A DNA stretch of 36,238 nt from positions 7,046,724-7,082,961 of the forward strand of contig MU054338.1 of assembly GCA_013239625.1 (NCBI GenBank), written 5' to 3'. This DNA comes from Lama guanicoe (Eukaryota). Each line of letters begins with the position of its first letter. The stretch's first letter is position 1. The position numbers were made by a program, and so were the translations under genes. A model generated the notes under the pieces. The model saw nothing but the letters and a program-made list of their open reading frames with translations. It was not told where the DNA came from and ran no database searches. Positions 24,136 through 36,238 of this stretch are shown one piece after another.

Positions 24136-25335
24136 TTCATGCATGTTGTAGAAAATCTAGGATTATTACTCAGGTATACAGGTTACATTATAAAAATTTC
24201 AGATTTAGAAATTCCTATATTCCTATATTTGCTTAAAGCTGATGCAGTAAGAAAACAGGAGCTAGTAAATTCAACAGAACACACTAGAAATTAAACAATG
24301 TACACACCAAAAAGCAACATTCCTTTGGCCCTTTCCAAGGTTATTTGGCAATCCTTTAGGTCTGCATAAATGGACACGCAATGTAATACTTTAGTAATAC
24401 ATAACATTTTAAGTAATATTAGTAATTTTAATGGGAAATATCTCTTCTCACTACCTAATATGAATTAATCCTCTATCAAATGCATTTCTTGCTTTAGTAT
24501 CTAAGTTTGTCATCAACGCAGGATATAGTTGTTTATCCTTAGTGGTAAAATGAAAAGTAAATTAAACTAGTTATGAAGAGTTTTCTGAAAGCCAACATCT
24601 CTACCACAAAAGCGATGTATGTATGATATCTCTATAGATTAATGGATACTATAGATTGAAGGAGACCAAGTGTAAATTATCCCGACTGAGTAGTTAAGAC
24701 CCAAGACCTTCAGGTCATCTTCGAATGAAAGATCTGACTTAGATCAGCAGTTCTCAACTTTGGCCACACAGTAAACCCACATGAGTACTTTTAAAAACCT
24801 TCATGCTCTGGAAACAGCCAAATCTGATAAACTCAGAATCTCTGGCAGTGAGACCCAGTGTCTGCATTCTCAGACGATTTTCATAAAAACCAAGGTTAAG
24901 AAGCACTGATGTGCATCCTCACACATAACCTGCATATACAGATTTTAAAATTGAAATGAGTATGGAAAATAGACAAGAGCTGTTTTTGAAAGATGTAAAA
25001 ATTAAAAATAAGAAAAGAGAGTTACTCATCTTTCCAGGACTTTGTGCCACCAGTGATAAACTATTGAATCTCACAGATATAATAAGATTCAGTCACACAG
25101 TGCTTATGGTTTACAGAGGATCCCAGAACACCAACAAGCCCCATCAAAGATACACTGAAAGCATATAATAGATTTTACAATATTTATCATGCAGTGATTA
25201 AGATATACAAAGGATCCTAGAACTCTGCCCCAGTCCCATTTAAAAATTCCCAAACAAGTAATATTCAGGTGTCAAGCTACAAAAACGATGTGATGAGAGA
25301 GGTAGGATTCCCAGGTCTATGGCTGCATTTTCCAA
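24136..25335. repeat. OR7E 3'-flank duplication unit, copy 1 (partner 34217-36238)
   Basis: Shared unique strings such as 'aaaagcaacattcctttggc', 'aagatctgacttagatcag' and 'gatgtgatgagagaggtaggattcccaggtctatggctgcattttccaa'. Confidence 0.9.
24745..24908. mobile_element. MER5B-like element (paralogous copy ~35697-35870)
   Basis: cagcagttctcaactttggc...tcagaatctctgg...ccaaggttaagaagcactg. Confidence 0.65.
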
Positions 25336-25367
25336 CCTAAACTACAAACGGATGACAGGTACTGAGA

Positions 25368-26312
25368 TTAGATGGCTTTGCTGAGGAACCTCCTCATGGC
25401 CCTTTTGATGTCACTGTTCCTCAGACTGTAGATGAAGGGGTTCAGCATGGGGGTGACCACAGTGTACACCACGGAGGCCACAGCATCCTTCCTGGGAGAA
25501 AGCGAGACGGCTGAGCTGAGGTACACACAGAGTCCTGTTCCATAAAATAGGCAAACAATGGCCAGGTGAGAGCCACAAGTGGAGAAGGCTCTGTACCTCC
25601 CACCTGGTGAGGGGAGTCTGAGAATGGAGCAAAGAATTTTATAGTAAGAAAATATGATTGCTGAAAAAGGGAGAAAACCAAAGATGGCAACGGCAAAATA
25701 CCTGACTACGTTGTTGGTGAAAGTGTTAGAACAGGCAAGGTCGAGGAGCTGAGAAGGGTCACAGTAGAAATTAGACATTTCCAAATCCTTAAAGCAGGTG
25801 ACCTGTAACACAAGCAAACTGTGCAGCTGGGAGTCCAAAAGGCTAATAAAAAAAGATGCTAAAATGAAGAAGCGACAGAGGTAGGGGTTCATGATGACCA
25901 GGTAGTGCAGTGGATGACAGATGGCCACAAACCTGTCATAGGCCATCACGGTCAGAACCATGTCATCCATACATACAAAAATGATAAAAATACACATCTG
26001 AGTCAGGCAACCTTCATAGGAGATGACTCTGCTGTGAGTTTGGATGTCCACAATCATCTTGGGGACGGTGGTGGAGATGAAACCGATGTCAGCCAAGGAC
26101 AGATTGGAGAGGAAGAAGTACATGGGGGTGTGGAGGTGGGAGTCACAGGTGACAGCCAGGATGATGAGCAGGTTCCCCAACATGATCCCCAGGTACATGG
26201 ACAAAAACAGCCCGAAGAGGAAAGGCTGCAGTTCTGGATCATCTGAGAGTCCCATGAGGAAGAATTCTGAGACACTTGTTAGGTTTTCAGTTCTATGTAG
26301 CTTGGACACCAT
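25368..26312 (-). CDS. OR7E24: Olfactory receptor 7E subfamily (OR7E24-like), 314 aa from first ATG
   Basis: OR7E-diagnostic PKMIVDIQTHSRVISYEGCLTQM, MDDM, SLLDSQLH, TCFKD..SNFYCDPSQLL, plus all general OR motifs. The ORF-track start at 26354 is TTG; the first ATG is at 26312 (aaaATGg). The symbol denotes the closest human subfamily member, not proven 1:1 orthology. Confidence 0.9.
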   Translation of the reverse strand: MVSKLHRTENLTSVSEFFLMGLSDDPELQPFLFGLFLSMYLGIMLGNLLIILAVTCDSHLHTPMYFFLSNLSLADIGFISTTVPKMIVDIQTHSRVISYEGCLTQMCIFIIFVCMDDMVLTVMAYDRFVAICHPLHYLVIMNPYLCRFFILASFFISLLDSQLHSLLVLQVTCFKDLEMSNFYCDPSQLLDLACSNTFTNNVVRYFAVAIFGFLPFSAIIFSYYKILCSILRLPSPGGRYRAFSTCGSHLAIVCLFYGTGLCVYLSSAVSLSPRKDAVASVVYTVVTPMLNPFIYSLRNSDIKRAMRRFLSKAI

Positions 26313-27104
26313 TTTTAAAAGACAAGATGATTGGGAAAAAAAGGAAATAAGCAAATGTCATGTAGCACTGTGTCCATATTTTGGATTCAAGCAATTCATT
26401 GCTAATGTCATACACTCAAGTATCCTTAGCAACATTTCTCAGTGTGACCAATTCTATCTACTGGAATTGTCTCCCCATTTGTTCCTATTTTTTTTCACCT
26501 CTTTCTATACAAACTTACTTAAAGAAATGGGACAGAATGGTAAAAGAGGAACCCAAATATTAGAGACAATAAATCCATAATCACAATAAAATACAGCCTA
26601 CTTTTTAGAAAAAAAATAGAATGAGAAATTCTCTTAACCCTTTAATAAAAAATATAATTTGAACTTAAAAATATTAAGACACAGTTATGTAACCTAATTA
26701 TCTTCAAATACAATTCTAGATACTTCTTTTATTTAGAATATTTATAAATACTCTATAAAATGCAGGACTGTGTAAACTGGATTCCAAGTGAAAGATTAAT
26801 GCTCAAAATCAGAAAATATTTTATGTGACAGTATGTTGATGAGTTTTATCATTCTTTCATTTTCTGTCTTCCCACGGTCACAAAATAAGGGGTTACTCAT
26901 GTATGAGGGTTGTCTTTTTGCCTTTTAAGAGTCATTTAGTATTCACTTCATATCTTTGGCCTTGCTGGACTTCAAATTTCGATAAGTATGGTTTAGTGAA
27001 GTGCACATAATCATACAGCATTGATGACTTTAAGATGGCGTAATATACAGAACATCTGTCAATGATTAAACAATAACTAAATTTAAGAAACATTCACAAT
27101 TTTA

Positions 27105-27425
27105 AATATTATGTGGGATTGTTTGGGAACACAGATCTCTCTTGGAGGTACTGATTTAATTTCCTTTGGATATGTACCTTGAAGTGGGATTCCTGAATCA
27201 TATAGTAGCGCTATTTTAACTAGTAGCAGTTTTTAATTTTTTAAGGAACATCCGTTCTGTTTTCTGCAATCACTGTACCCATATGCATTCCCACCAACCA
27301 TGTGCAAGTGCTCCCTTTTCTCCAATCCTCCACAGCACACGCTGCCTTTTGTTTTTCTGATGATAGGCATCCTAGCAGATGGGAGGTGATGTTTGATTGG
27401 AGTTTTGACTTTCATTTCCTGATAT
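27105..27425 (-). mobile_element. L1 fragment (ORF2 end / 3' region)
   Basis: 'atttcctttggatatgtaccttgaagtgggatt...tgcattcccaccaaccatgtgcaagtgctcccttttctcca'. Confidence 0.75.
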
Positions 27426-28369
27426 GAATGGTTCCATTTTCATATACCTTATTTTCCTGATCATAAACCCTCTTATTTACAGTTGAGGAGTTTGGTACCA
27501 GAGGAGTTCCACAGCCGCGTCAAGATCCAGCCTTCTTGTATCTAGTTAAGATTGTCACGTCAACTCTTCTGAATAAAGGAATTGCTATTTCATCACGTTT
27601 ACTACCTGAAGGTAGTTCAGGTTCATTATGCTGGCAGGTCACACTATGACTTAATTGAGAAAAATTCAAAATAGAACAATGAAAACACATCTGGGAAGTT
27701 TCCTTATCTACACAATTGTGGTAAGAAATGACCTACCAAATAGGACTGTTGTAAGAAAGTTTTAAAAAATTGTTTATATTGTTTTGACCAGTGGTTTTCA
27801 TTTCCAGTTGATTCATAATTTAGTGTGCTTATTTTAAAATACACAGCTACCCCAGCCTCAGCCTGGAACCAGGTTTGGAATCTTTACATGTGAGTTCCTT
27901 GGGCACTCTAATGTGCAGCTTAGTAAACACTACCTTAGAATATCACTCAACACGTAGAAAAATGCCATGAATATTACCTGTTATTACTCTCTATACCCAC
28001 CACCTATTTTTAAATATAAACATTTAATAATGTTTGCTTCTGATCTCATGTTTTATGGAGATTTGGAACATTACCTATAAAATTTGGTTTTCTTTATATC
28101 TCAGCTCAATCTCACTCCTCTACAAACCTGTCCACCAAAAATAACTGATATTATGAAGTTGCTGGGTATATTTTTGTCACTGTTTACTTAATGTAAAATT
28201 GATCTACATATTCATAATCAGCTTTCATAAAATCTTACCATATTGACTCTGAAATGTAAATGTTTACCATAATTTTAAAATTAACTCTCTTACTGAAGTA
28301 TATGCAACCACTTCAAACATTTTATTGGTGCACGTTATTATGTAAGGGAAGAGATACATTTATTCAGTC

Positions 28370-28520
28370 TATAAATTTATATGTATATATTTTAATATAA
28401 ATGTAACAAATTTAAACATATATTTCATATGTGTTTAAAATATAATTTAATGTATTTTTATATATATAAATATCTACATCACATTATGTATTTTTATATT
28501 TACATTATTTATATAAGTTT
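28370..28520. repeat. AT-rich low-complexity tract
   Basis: Directly visible (TA)-rich run. Confidence 0.7.
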
Positions 28521-30589
28521 CTTCTTACAACAATCCTATGAAAATTCTTGTACCTCTCTCCATATCATACAAATGAGAACTCATATATAATATGTGAGTG
28601 GTGATTAGCTGTTCAGTTCTAATAATTGGTGCATTTTCAGTTTTATTAATATTAATTGCCTATATCTGTTTCAGTACAAATCAGTTTCTGTCAACTACAT
28701 TCTCTTTTAAAAAGACATCTTTTGAAAATATCCTCGAAGTCTGTCTTGTGATAATTTCATGATATCTGCACCTGACATTTTCATCTTGTACAGGAAATAT
28801 TTTCAACCTTAGATTTCAAAACTGGACTGCAAAACATAACTATTCATAGAAAACCCTACAGTCCACTATGTTAGTACCATTATGGCCCCTGTGAACTACT
28901 GCCTCATTCCCATAATTTACAGGTGACCTCACTGAAACAAAAGAAGATGAATCAGTTCTTCTACCATCACTTCATATCTGGGACTAGTCGGTTTGCAAAG
29001 AACCACTTGTTAGTCTGCAGGGGAGGGGACTGAGAACTGGCGCAGGAATAAGCAGATCAGTGTTTCAGTCCTGGATCTTTCACCTCCTGTATGCGAAGGG
29101 CGTGTAAATCTCTCCACCTCTGTGTTTCTGTTCCTTCCTGAAAATAAAGAGTCTAATACCCACATTCAGAAAATGTGTGGTGCCTAAGGGAGGTTTGGAA
29201 CCTAAAAATATTTGGTCATTTTTTATAAAGAATTTCAATCATTATTGGGATAGCACAATTAGTCATAAAATATGATATCAAAAATTTAATGACATTCCAT
29301 GGGCTTTATAGCAGAGAGAGATCAAAGGCTCTTCTGTCTCAGGAGACTGGAAGGGAGTGACATGAACTCCTAAAATGTGTCTCAGCACATGCAGTAAGAC
29401 GCACCATCTCTTTTCTCTTTTATTTCCCCATATGAAAAAAATCTCTACAGTGGCTTTCAATCATTAAATGCTGCACATGCTCTTAAATGGGAAATAATAT
29501 GTCCTACTGAAAGCCCAAGAGACAGACACAAATAAGCACTATTTTATCTTGTTTCTAGTCCTATGGGACATTCCTGAAAAACATGAAGACACTGTCATGA
29601 ACAGTCCGCTGGGTAGAAGCGATATTGCCCACACTGTGTTTCTGTGAACAATGTAAGGGTTTATTCAATATTTAACTGGGTTTTTTTTAAATTCTTGGTG
29701 CCCTCTTCTGTGCCAATAGAGCACAGGCTCTTGGGAGTCAGAAATAAGTGAGCCTTGGGCATTTCTCTTCATATGAAGAATGTACTTGTATAAAAAATAA
29801 TAAAATGTCCTGTCAGCGATGTAGGGAAACCATAACATCAGGTTACTAGAAATGTAAGTCAAGTGACATGAGAATCAGCATTATCATTATTAGTAACAAA
29901 ATTCTTGAATGTCTATGCCCTCTCATTATGCATCCATCGTATAGTCATTGCATAGAAGGCATCCATTATTTGTTCGATCCTAATTCAGTGGAGTTATATC
30001 AACTAGGAATCAACTCAATTGACAATGTAAAGTCTCAGAAATACTAAGAAAATTCCCCAAACACACTAAGGAGAAGTGGAGCACACAAGATTCAAAATTA
30101 ACTTGTCAGTCTCAGAGTCCCACATACTAAATTGCATTGTTTCCAGACTTCTGGAAAGTTGTAAGCAAAGTTACAGAGTTCTAATCACATATACATCTGA
30201 GACACTTTTTTTTAATGTTTTCATTTTTCTGAGTAGGAATGGACCCCCAGACTCTGACTTTGCATCTCCTTTTGTGATTGAGTAGGCTGGCTATAAGTAT
30301 AAAGGAAGAAATGAACAGTTGAAGTGAGATCCAAGAGCAGGGTCAACGGAGAGGTCTACCCTAAATTATCATGTGTCGCTTTTTTATGACCTTTGCTTGT
30401 GATCTCAGCCACCCTTCCTTGAGTCCATGCAGCAAGCGCTACCTGCTACCCTCCTTTGTGGTCCTCCAGAAAACTCCAAAGGGAAGGGCATAGTGATCAG
30501 GAGTCTCTGGCTGGCCTGACTTGGCAGTGACATGACTGGTTGGCAGGGGTAAGACTGCCCAGATGCTCTATGTCTGGAGTCAGTCTATG

Positions 30590-30790
30590 CAGACTGACTG
30601 GCTTCAACTCTCTCTAACTCATGACCTGGTACATGTTACATAAAATGCTGTGCTTTCCTCTTATTAAAAGAATAATAATATGTGTGCACTTATAATTTAA
30701 GAGAGATTATGCAGATGAAATCAAACAAGATACATAAAACACATACTTGAGAGCTTGGCACTTAGGAAGCCCTCAATAACATTCCATGAT
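30590..30790 (+). mobile_element. MIR fragment
   Basis: 'catgacctggtacatgttaca...tttcctcttattaaaag...gagattatgcagatga...cttggcacttaggaagccctcaataa'. Confidence 0.55.
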
Positions 30791-31781
30791 GTTATAGTTA
30801 ATGCCATCCTCCTCGACTTCATACTCATCATCACTTTCAGGATCATTTGAAGTGCTTAGAGGGAAATTTAGAGAGACCCATTTGCAGCTATGGTTGGGGA
30901 GATGCCAGCCAGAGCCAGAACTAGTGGGGGTGGAATCACAGTTCTGAATGTGGGTTCTCACATCCCCAACCACAACCAAGAACATCAACTTCAGAGGGCT
31001 TTGTTACAAAATTTTATACAATAGTGCCCTCCCACCTGTCTGTCTCAACCATCAGGTTAGTCTCGCTGAGGAGAAAATAATTAACTCAACAGTCCCACTC
31101 TCAATCACTGTCTCATATCAACACTTACTGGGCTGGTCTGCATCCCTGCTGTAGCACAACCAAAGAGTGCAGATTCACTGCCCCTCTCCTGTCTGGTGTG
31201 TGACGAAGTTTCAGGGTCCCTCCTCAGAACTGGCACAGAGGCAGACTCAGGCTGAGACCATCCAACAAAGTTTCTTATAGAGGGTGGGGACACAAACATG
31301 GAGCCACGCTCTTACAAGTGGCACACTAAAAGGCTGGAGGCACCATCCAATTATTTACAATGGCGTGACCTTAGGGCTCAATGCACAAAGCTCATAATTA
31401 GCCAGTTGGTCCGTGCTGTCCCAGTCTCTGGAGACTTGCTAATATTAATAGGAGGAGGAAGAAAAGAAAAGTAAATGTCCCTGGACGGCTCTGAGTGCCT
31501 CCTCTCCTCAGGAGGCTGCTCAGCTATACTCTCTGGTTCTCACTTCCAGGTTGTAGGAAGTAAAATTCAGGCTTTAAAAATGTAACCACTCCATATACGA
31601 TTTTGACACCTATAAATCCATTGGATTAATCATGAAACCTAAGTGGCATTAGGTCTTCTATACCAAGGCTATGATACTCTCTATTTTCTCAATTAATATT
31701 TGTAAGAATAACTTCTTATTTTAATTTCCTTTGTCTTTGCTTGGGTTGGCATTTCATATGGTGGAGATTTAGAAAACTATT

Positions 31782-32055
31782 TTTTATTGAAGTATAGTTG
31801 ATTTACAATGTTGTGTTAATTTCTGGTGTACAGAATAGAGCTTCAGCTATACACATATGTATTCCTTTTGATATTCTTTCTCATTATAGGTCATTGCAAG
31901 ATGTTGAATTTAGTTCCCTATGATAAACAGTAGGACCTTGTTGTTTATCTACTTTATATATAGTAGTTTGAATCTGCTAATCCCAAACTCCTAATTTATC
32001 CCACCCCCACCCTTTGGTAATCATAAATTTGTTTTCTATGTCTGTGAGTCTATTT
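31782..32055 (-). mobile_element. 5'-truncated L1 3' end (artiodactyl-type) with TSD
   Basis: 'ttttattgaagtatagttgatttacaatgttgtgttaatttctggtgtacag...gttttctatgtctgtgagtctattt', flanked by agaaaactatt (31771-31781 and 32056-32066). Confidence 0.85.
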
Positions 32056-32124
32056 AGAAAACTATTGATTTTTACATATTTATATGGTAACTGATACTTT
32101 ACTTAAGTATTTTAGAGGGCCTCC

Positions 32125-32520
32125 CAGAAGTTTGCAGTCCAGGTGTCTCCAGGGCTAGTCATCTCAAGGTCTGATTAGTGGAAGACCACTCCCAATCTCA
32201 CTCACGAAGCTGTTGGTAGGATTCACATGTACCCAAGACACTTTCCAAAGAATTCCTCAGTTCTTTGACGCATGAGCCCCTGCTGGGGCAGATCACAGCA
32301 TGGAACTGGGTTCTATCAACGTGAGCAAGGAGAGAGCAAGAGAGAGTCAAAAAAGGAAAACTAGATTTTTTTAAACTCTTTTCTTGGAAATGACTACCCA
32401 ACATTTCTTCCGCATTCGCATTGTTGGAAGGGAGTCCCTAGGTATAACTCACAGTCAACGGGAGCATGAACACCAGGAGTTAGTATTACTGAGAACATCT
32501 CAGATCCTGCCCGCCACACA
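32125..32520. mobile_element. MaLR LTR (MLT1F-like)
   Basis: 'gtcatctcaaggtctgatt...ctcactcacgaagctgttggtagg...catttcttccgcattcgcattgttggaag...ctgcccgccaca'. Confidence 0.6.
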
Positions 32521-33220
32521 GGCCTCATCCCCTATAAGGACTCAGTACTCGAAGCACTTCAAGACGCGTCACGTCTACCTACTTTCCAGCATAGTCCCAA
32601 ATTCAACTCACTGCCATGATCCCAATAAAAAGTTCCCTGGTGACAAACTAGAAATGGGGAGAACTTGCTCTCCATTGGGTACTTCTGTAGACCCTCCTCT
32701 ACTGCTTCTGGTAATGCAGTCTCAGGTAGAAACCCTGGTTCTGACACCCTAGGAGAGCCCTCCATCAACATTAGGCCAATTTTCAGCCATTCCAATACCA
32801 AAATGAACAGATGTCCCCAATGTTTCTGTTTTCTGCTAACTAGAGAGGAATCAATTCATCCCAGAATATGCTTTCTTTACATTTCTTTGTGTTTTCAGCT
32901 CTTGAAGACTATTTAACTTTGTCTAATCTATTTTTTTTTCTGGTGGGTAGAGTGGGATCTATGTGGATGGTCGTGTGATGTAACCATCTAAATCCTATCC
33001 ACTGCAGCCTTCTTGACAGAGATCTCTCTCTTGAGGAATGCAGATATTGGTCTGTCATTAAGTGATATGAAGAAACATTAAATGTATATCAAGTCAAATT
33101 GGATATGGAATAAAGAATGTTATTTGCCTGTGTGGAGATAAGTGACAAAGGGTATTTCTAGGGGAGAACACATAGCAGATATGCAGAGGTGGATGTGTGA
33201 GGGAGAGACTGGGTGTTGAG

Positions 33221-33890
33221 GCAATCCCACTTCTGGGTATTGTCCAAATGAAATAGCATAACTATCTCGAAGAGATAAGTCAGTTAGCATGTTCATTACA
33301 GCATCATTCACAATAGCAAAAAATGGAAACAACCTAGTGTCCATTGATGAAAGGATAAAGAAATTGTGACATACCAATAGTATACACAATGGAATATTAT
33401 ACAGCCAGGAGAAAGAAGGAAATCCTGCCACTCCCTACAATATGAATAAAACCTGAGGGCCTTATGCTAAGTGAAATAAGTCAGACAGAGAAAGATAACT
33501 GATGCATGATCTCCCTTTTGTGGATTCTAAAAATATTGAACTCATAAAAACAGAGAGCAGAATGGCAGTTGCCTGGGGCTGAGAAGTGTTAGAAATAGGA
33601 GATACTGGTTTGAATTATAAGAGGAATCAGTTACAGAGATCTCATGTACATCATGGTGACAGTGGGTAACACTGGTGTTGTGTACTTGAAAGTTGCTATG
33701 AGAGAAGAGTTACGAGTTCTCACCCTAAAACAACAACAAATACTAAGTATGTAAGGTAAAGAGTGTGATAACTAATCTTATATTGGTAAATATTTTTCAA
33801 AAGATATATGTATGAAAACATCATATTGTACATGTTAAGCTTACACAATGTTATAGTCAATTATATCTCAATAATATTAGAATAAAAAAG
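33221..33890 (+). mobile_element. L1MA-like 3' end
   Basis: 'gcaatcccacttctgggtat...atgttcattacagcatcattcacaatagc...atgctaagtgaaataagtcagacagagaaaga...caattatatctcaataa'. Confidence 0.85.
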
Positions 33891-34216
33891 CAACACAAAC
33901 AGCGCTTGATTTTTTTTACAAATGAGGTGCATGTACCTCCAGAATAAGGTCTGTTCTATTCACCACTGTTCCAGAAGTACTAATAGGATGGGATTTAATA
34001 GCCAGAAAAGAGGACATGAAATAATTTGATCAGGAAAAGCTGGCCTGTATGACAAGTCGAAATGTAGGTATAACTTATCCCATTTTCTAGTCATCTGAGA
34101 ACATTTTTAAATTAAGTATCTCTCATACTGTTTTTAATCATTAAAATTCAACCCAATTTATGTTGCAAGTGTATTTACTCCCCTGTTTACCAATTGTGAA
34201 CATTATGGAAAGGCAT

Positions 34217-36238
34217 TTCATAAATGTTGTTGCAAATCCAGTACGTGGGTGTTTTTATTACAGTATTTTCAGACTTAAAAAATACTATATTCATTTGCTT
34301 TGAGAATTTTAAGATGGTGTAATAAGAAAACAGGAGGTTGTAAATTTAACAGAACAAAAACTGGAAATTTAACCTCACACACACAAAAGCAACATTCCTT
34401 TGGCTCATTTCAAGGCTCTTTGGCTATTGTTTAGGTTTGCATAAGTGGATACGCAGATATAATATTTTAGTAATTTTCATTGGGCAACATCTCTTCCCAC
34501 TGACTAAATGAATTCTTCCTTTGTCAAGTGCATTCCCATTTTGTTTTTTAAAGGAGGTACTGGTGATTGAACTCAGGATCTTGTCCATGCTAAGCATGTA
34601 CTCTACCACTGAGCTATTTCCCTTCTCTCAAGTGCATTCCTTGTCAATATCGAAGTTTCTCATCAATGCATTTGGTAGGTGATTTTCCGTAGTGGTAAAA
34701 TGTAAAGCAAATTAAATGAGTTGTGGAAAGCATTCAGAGAACTAAGATTACAACCCCCAAAACAATGTGTGACATCTCTAAAGAGTATAGGTACCTATCT
34801 TACAAAACTTAAAAGGAGCCCAAAGACTGAGTTATTGTGACAAAAGACAGGGAAGCATGGTAACCAAGTGGAGTCCTAAACAGGCTGTTACTAGTAAAAG
34901 GAAAGAGCTCCCTTTAGCTGACAACATGGTTCTTTGAAATCCTAAAGTAATATAAAAGTGGATACATTTATTGTGATGACTTGAGTGACAATGACGCTCA
35001 GGCAAACGGCAATTGGAAATACGGTATCATTGCCTATTCTACAATTGTATACCCATGACTAAGACATATCCTTGACAACCACCTTTATTCCCTGTGTACA
35101 TTTTTCAATCTTCCAGTCACAGACACCTCACAACACACTTTTATACTACATGCTACAATATCAGTCAGGGTTCAATCAAGAAAAGAGAAACCAAATAATC
35201 ATTGTAATGAAGAAAATTTAATGTGGGGAATTGGTTAAACAGTTTTTTGAAAGACTGAAAGGCAAAAAAGATCTAAGTGGTTACCTAAACAAAGAAGAAG
35301 CTGTACACCAGTCTTGAGGGGATAAAAGGAACAGCTGAGTTTTAGGACTAAGAGACTTTTACTGACCGCTATTGAACAGGATGATGGAACACAAGATGGA
35401 AAACAGAGCAGTGATTTCAAGAACTCCACTCCAAAGCAAAGTATAGAAGTATGAGTTTGAAACAGAGAAAAGAACTTCATAACCAATCACATAGACTCAG
35501 CTCTATGGTGTAGAGAGAGAAGATATTTGAAGAAACATCAGGAATAATGAGGAAAATGCATTGTCTGTTGCAACAGGAGGCTATTCATATCTTCCCTCTT
35601 TGAGGTCTCATCTCTTAGGATCTTCGGCATTTGTCCATGAGCAGTTAGGACCCAAAGGCATACAAGTCATCTTTGAATAAAAGATCTGACTTAGATCAGT
35701 AGGTCTCGACCTTGGCCACACACGAGATTTATCTGAGTGCTTTAAAAAATCCTCATGCTCAGGGCACACCCAAGCCCAATTAAATCAGAATCTCTGGTGG
35801 TGGGACACAGATGTCAGTATTTTTAAGCTTCCCAAATGACTTCAATAAAAGCCAAGGCTGAGAAGCAGTGACATGCATCCTCACACATACCCTGCATATA
35901 CCAATTTGATAAATAGAAATTAGCACGGAGAATACACAAGAGCTATAGAAAAGATACACATTTTAAATACACTAAGAGAGTTGTTCATCTTTACAGGATG
36001 CTTGGGTCACCAATGATAAGTATAGAATTTCCATGGGTGTAATACGATTCAGCCATGGAGTGATTATGATACACAAAGGATCCTAGAACTCTGCCCCAGC
36101 CCTGCCAGTCTCATTAAAGAAACACCAAAGGCAGCAATATTCAGGTGTTAATAAGGAGAAGAGTGAATGCTACCGAGCTACAAAAAAATGATGTGATGAG
36201 AGAGGTAGGATTCCCAGGTCTATGGCTGCATTTTCCAA
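34217..36238. repeat. OR7E 3'-flank duplication unit, copy 2
   Basis: Colinear with 24136-25335, with an extra SINE and an extra ~0.8 kb (~34800-35630). Confidence 0.9.
34537..34627 (-). mobile_element. tRNA-derived SINE (camelid Vic-type) with 13-bp TSD
   Basis: 'ggaggtactggtgattgaactcaggatcttgtccatgctaagcatgtactctaccactgagctatt'. TSD tcaagtgcattcc at 34524-34536 and 34628-34640. Confidence 0.88.

Noticed and set aside
26313..26354. 14-aa N-terminal extension of the OR7E ORF in the ORF track
   Set aside because: It begins at TTG within a polypyrimidine tract and is likely intronic or UTR.

Overview
Mammalian genomic DNA, most likely camelid given four Vic-type tRNA-derived SINEs, at the border of a KRAB zinc-finger cluster and an OR7 olfactory receptor cluster. 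The gene content resembles human 19p13.2. Left to right: (1) a five-exon KRAB-ZNF gene of the ZNF426/ZNF266/ZNF561 type on + (2563-~6500), with an intact KRAB domain but a premature stop and frameshifts before the fingers; (2) a decayed ERVL provirus; (3) a CpG-island promoter with no matching gene in the window (~13.0-13.7 kb); (4) an inverted partial paralog of the ZNF finger exon (14057-15748, -); (5) an intact OR7-family gene on + (19631-20563); (6) an OR7E24-like gene on - (25368-26312); and (7) a tandem duplicate of the OR7E 3' flank, implying another OR7E just past the right edge. The rest is L1, L2, MIR, MaLR/ERV LTRs and MER5/MER58. I found no convincing new biological system. The most interesting signals are evolutionary: an apparently frameshift-rescued OR7E start, an intron built from fossil zinc fingers, a possible KRAB-only product, a mosaic-identity inverted repeat around the orphan promoter, and a template-switch-like duplication breakpoint. 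Family and repeat names come from recall, not a database search, and repeat boundaries are approximate.
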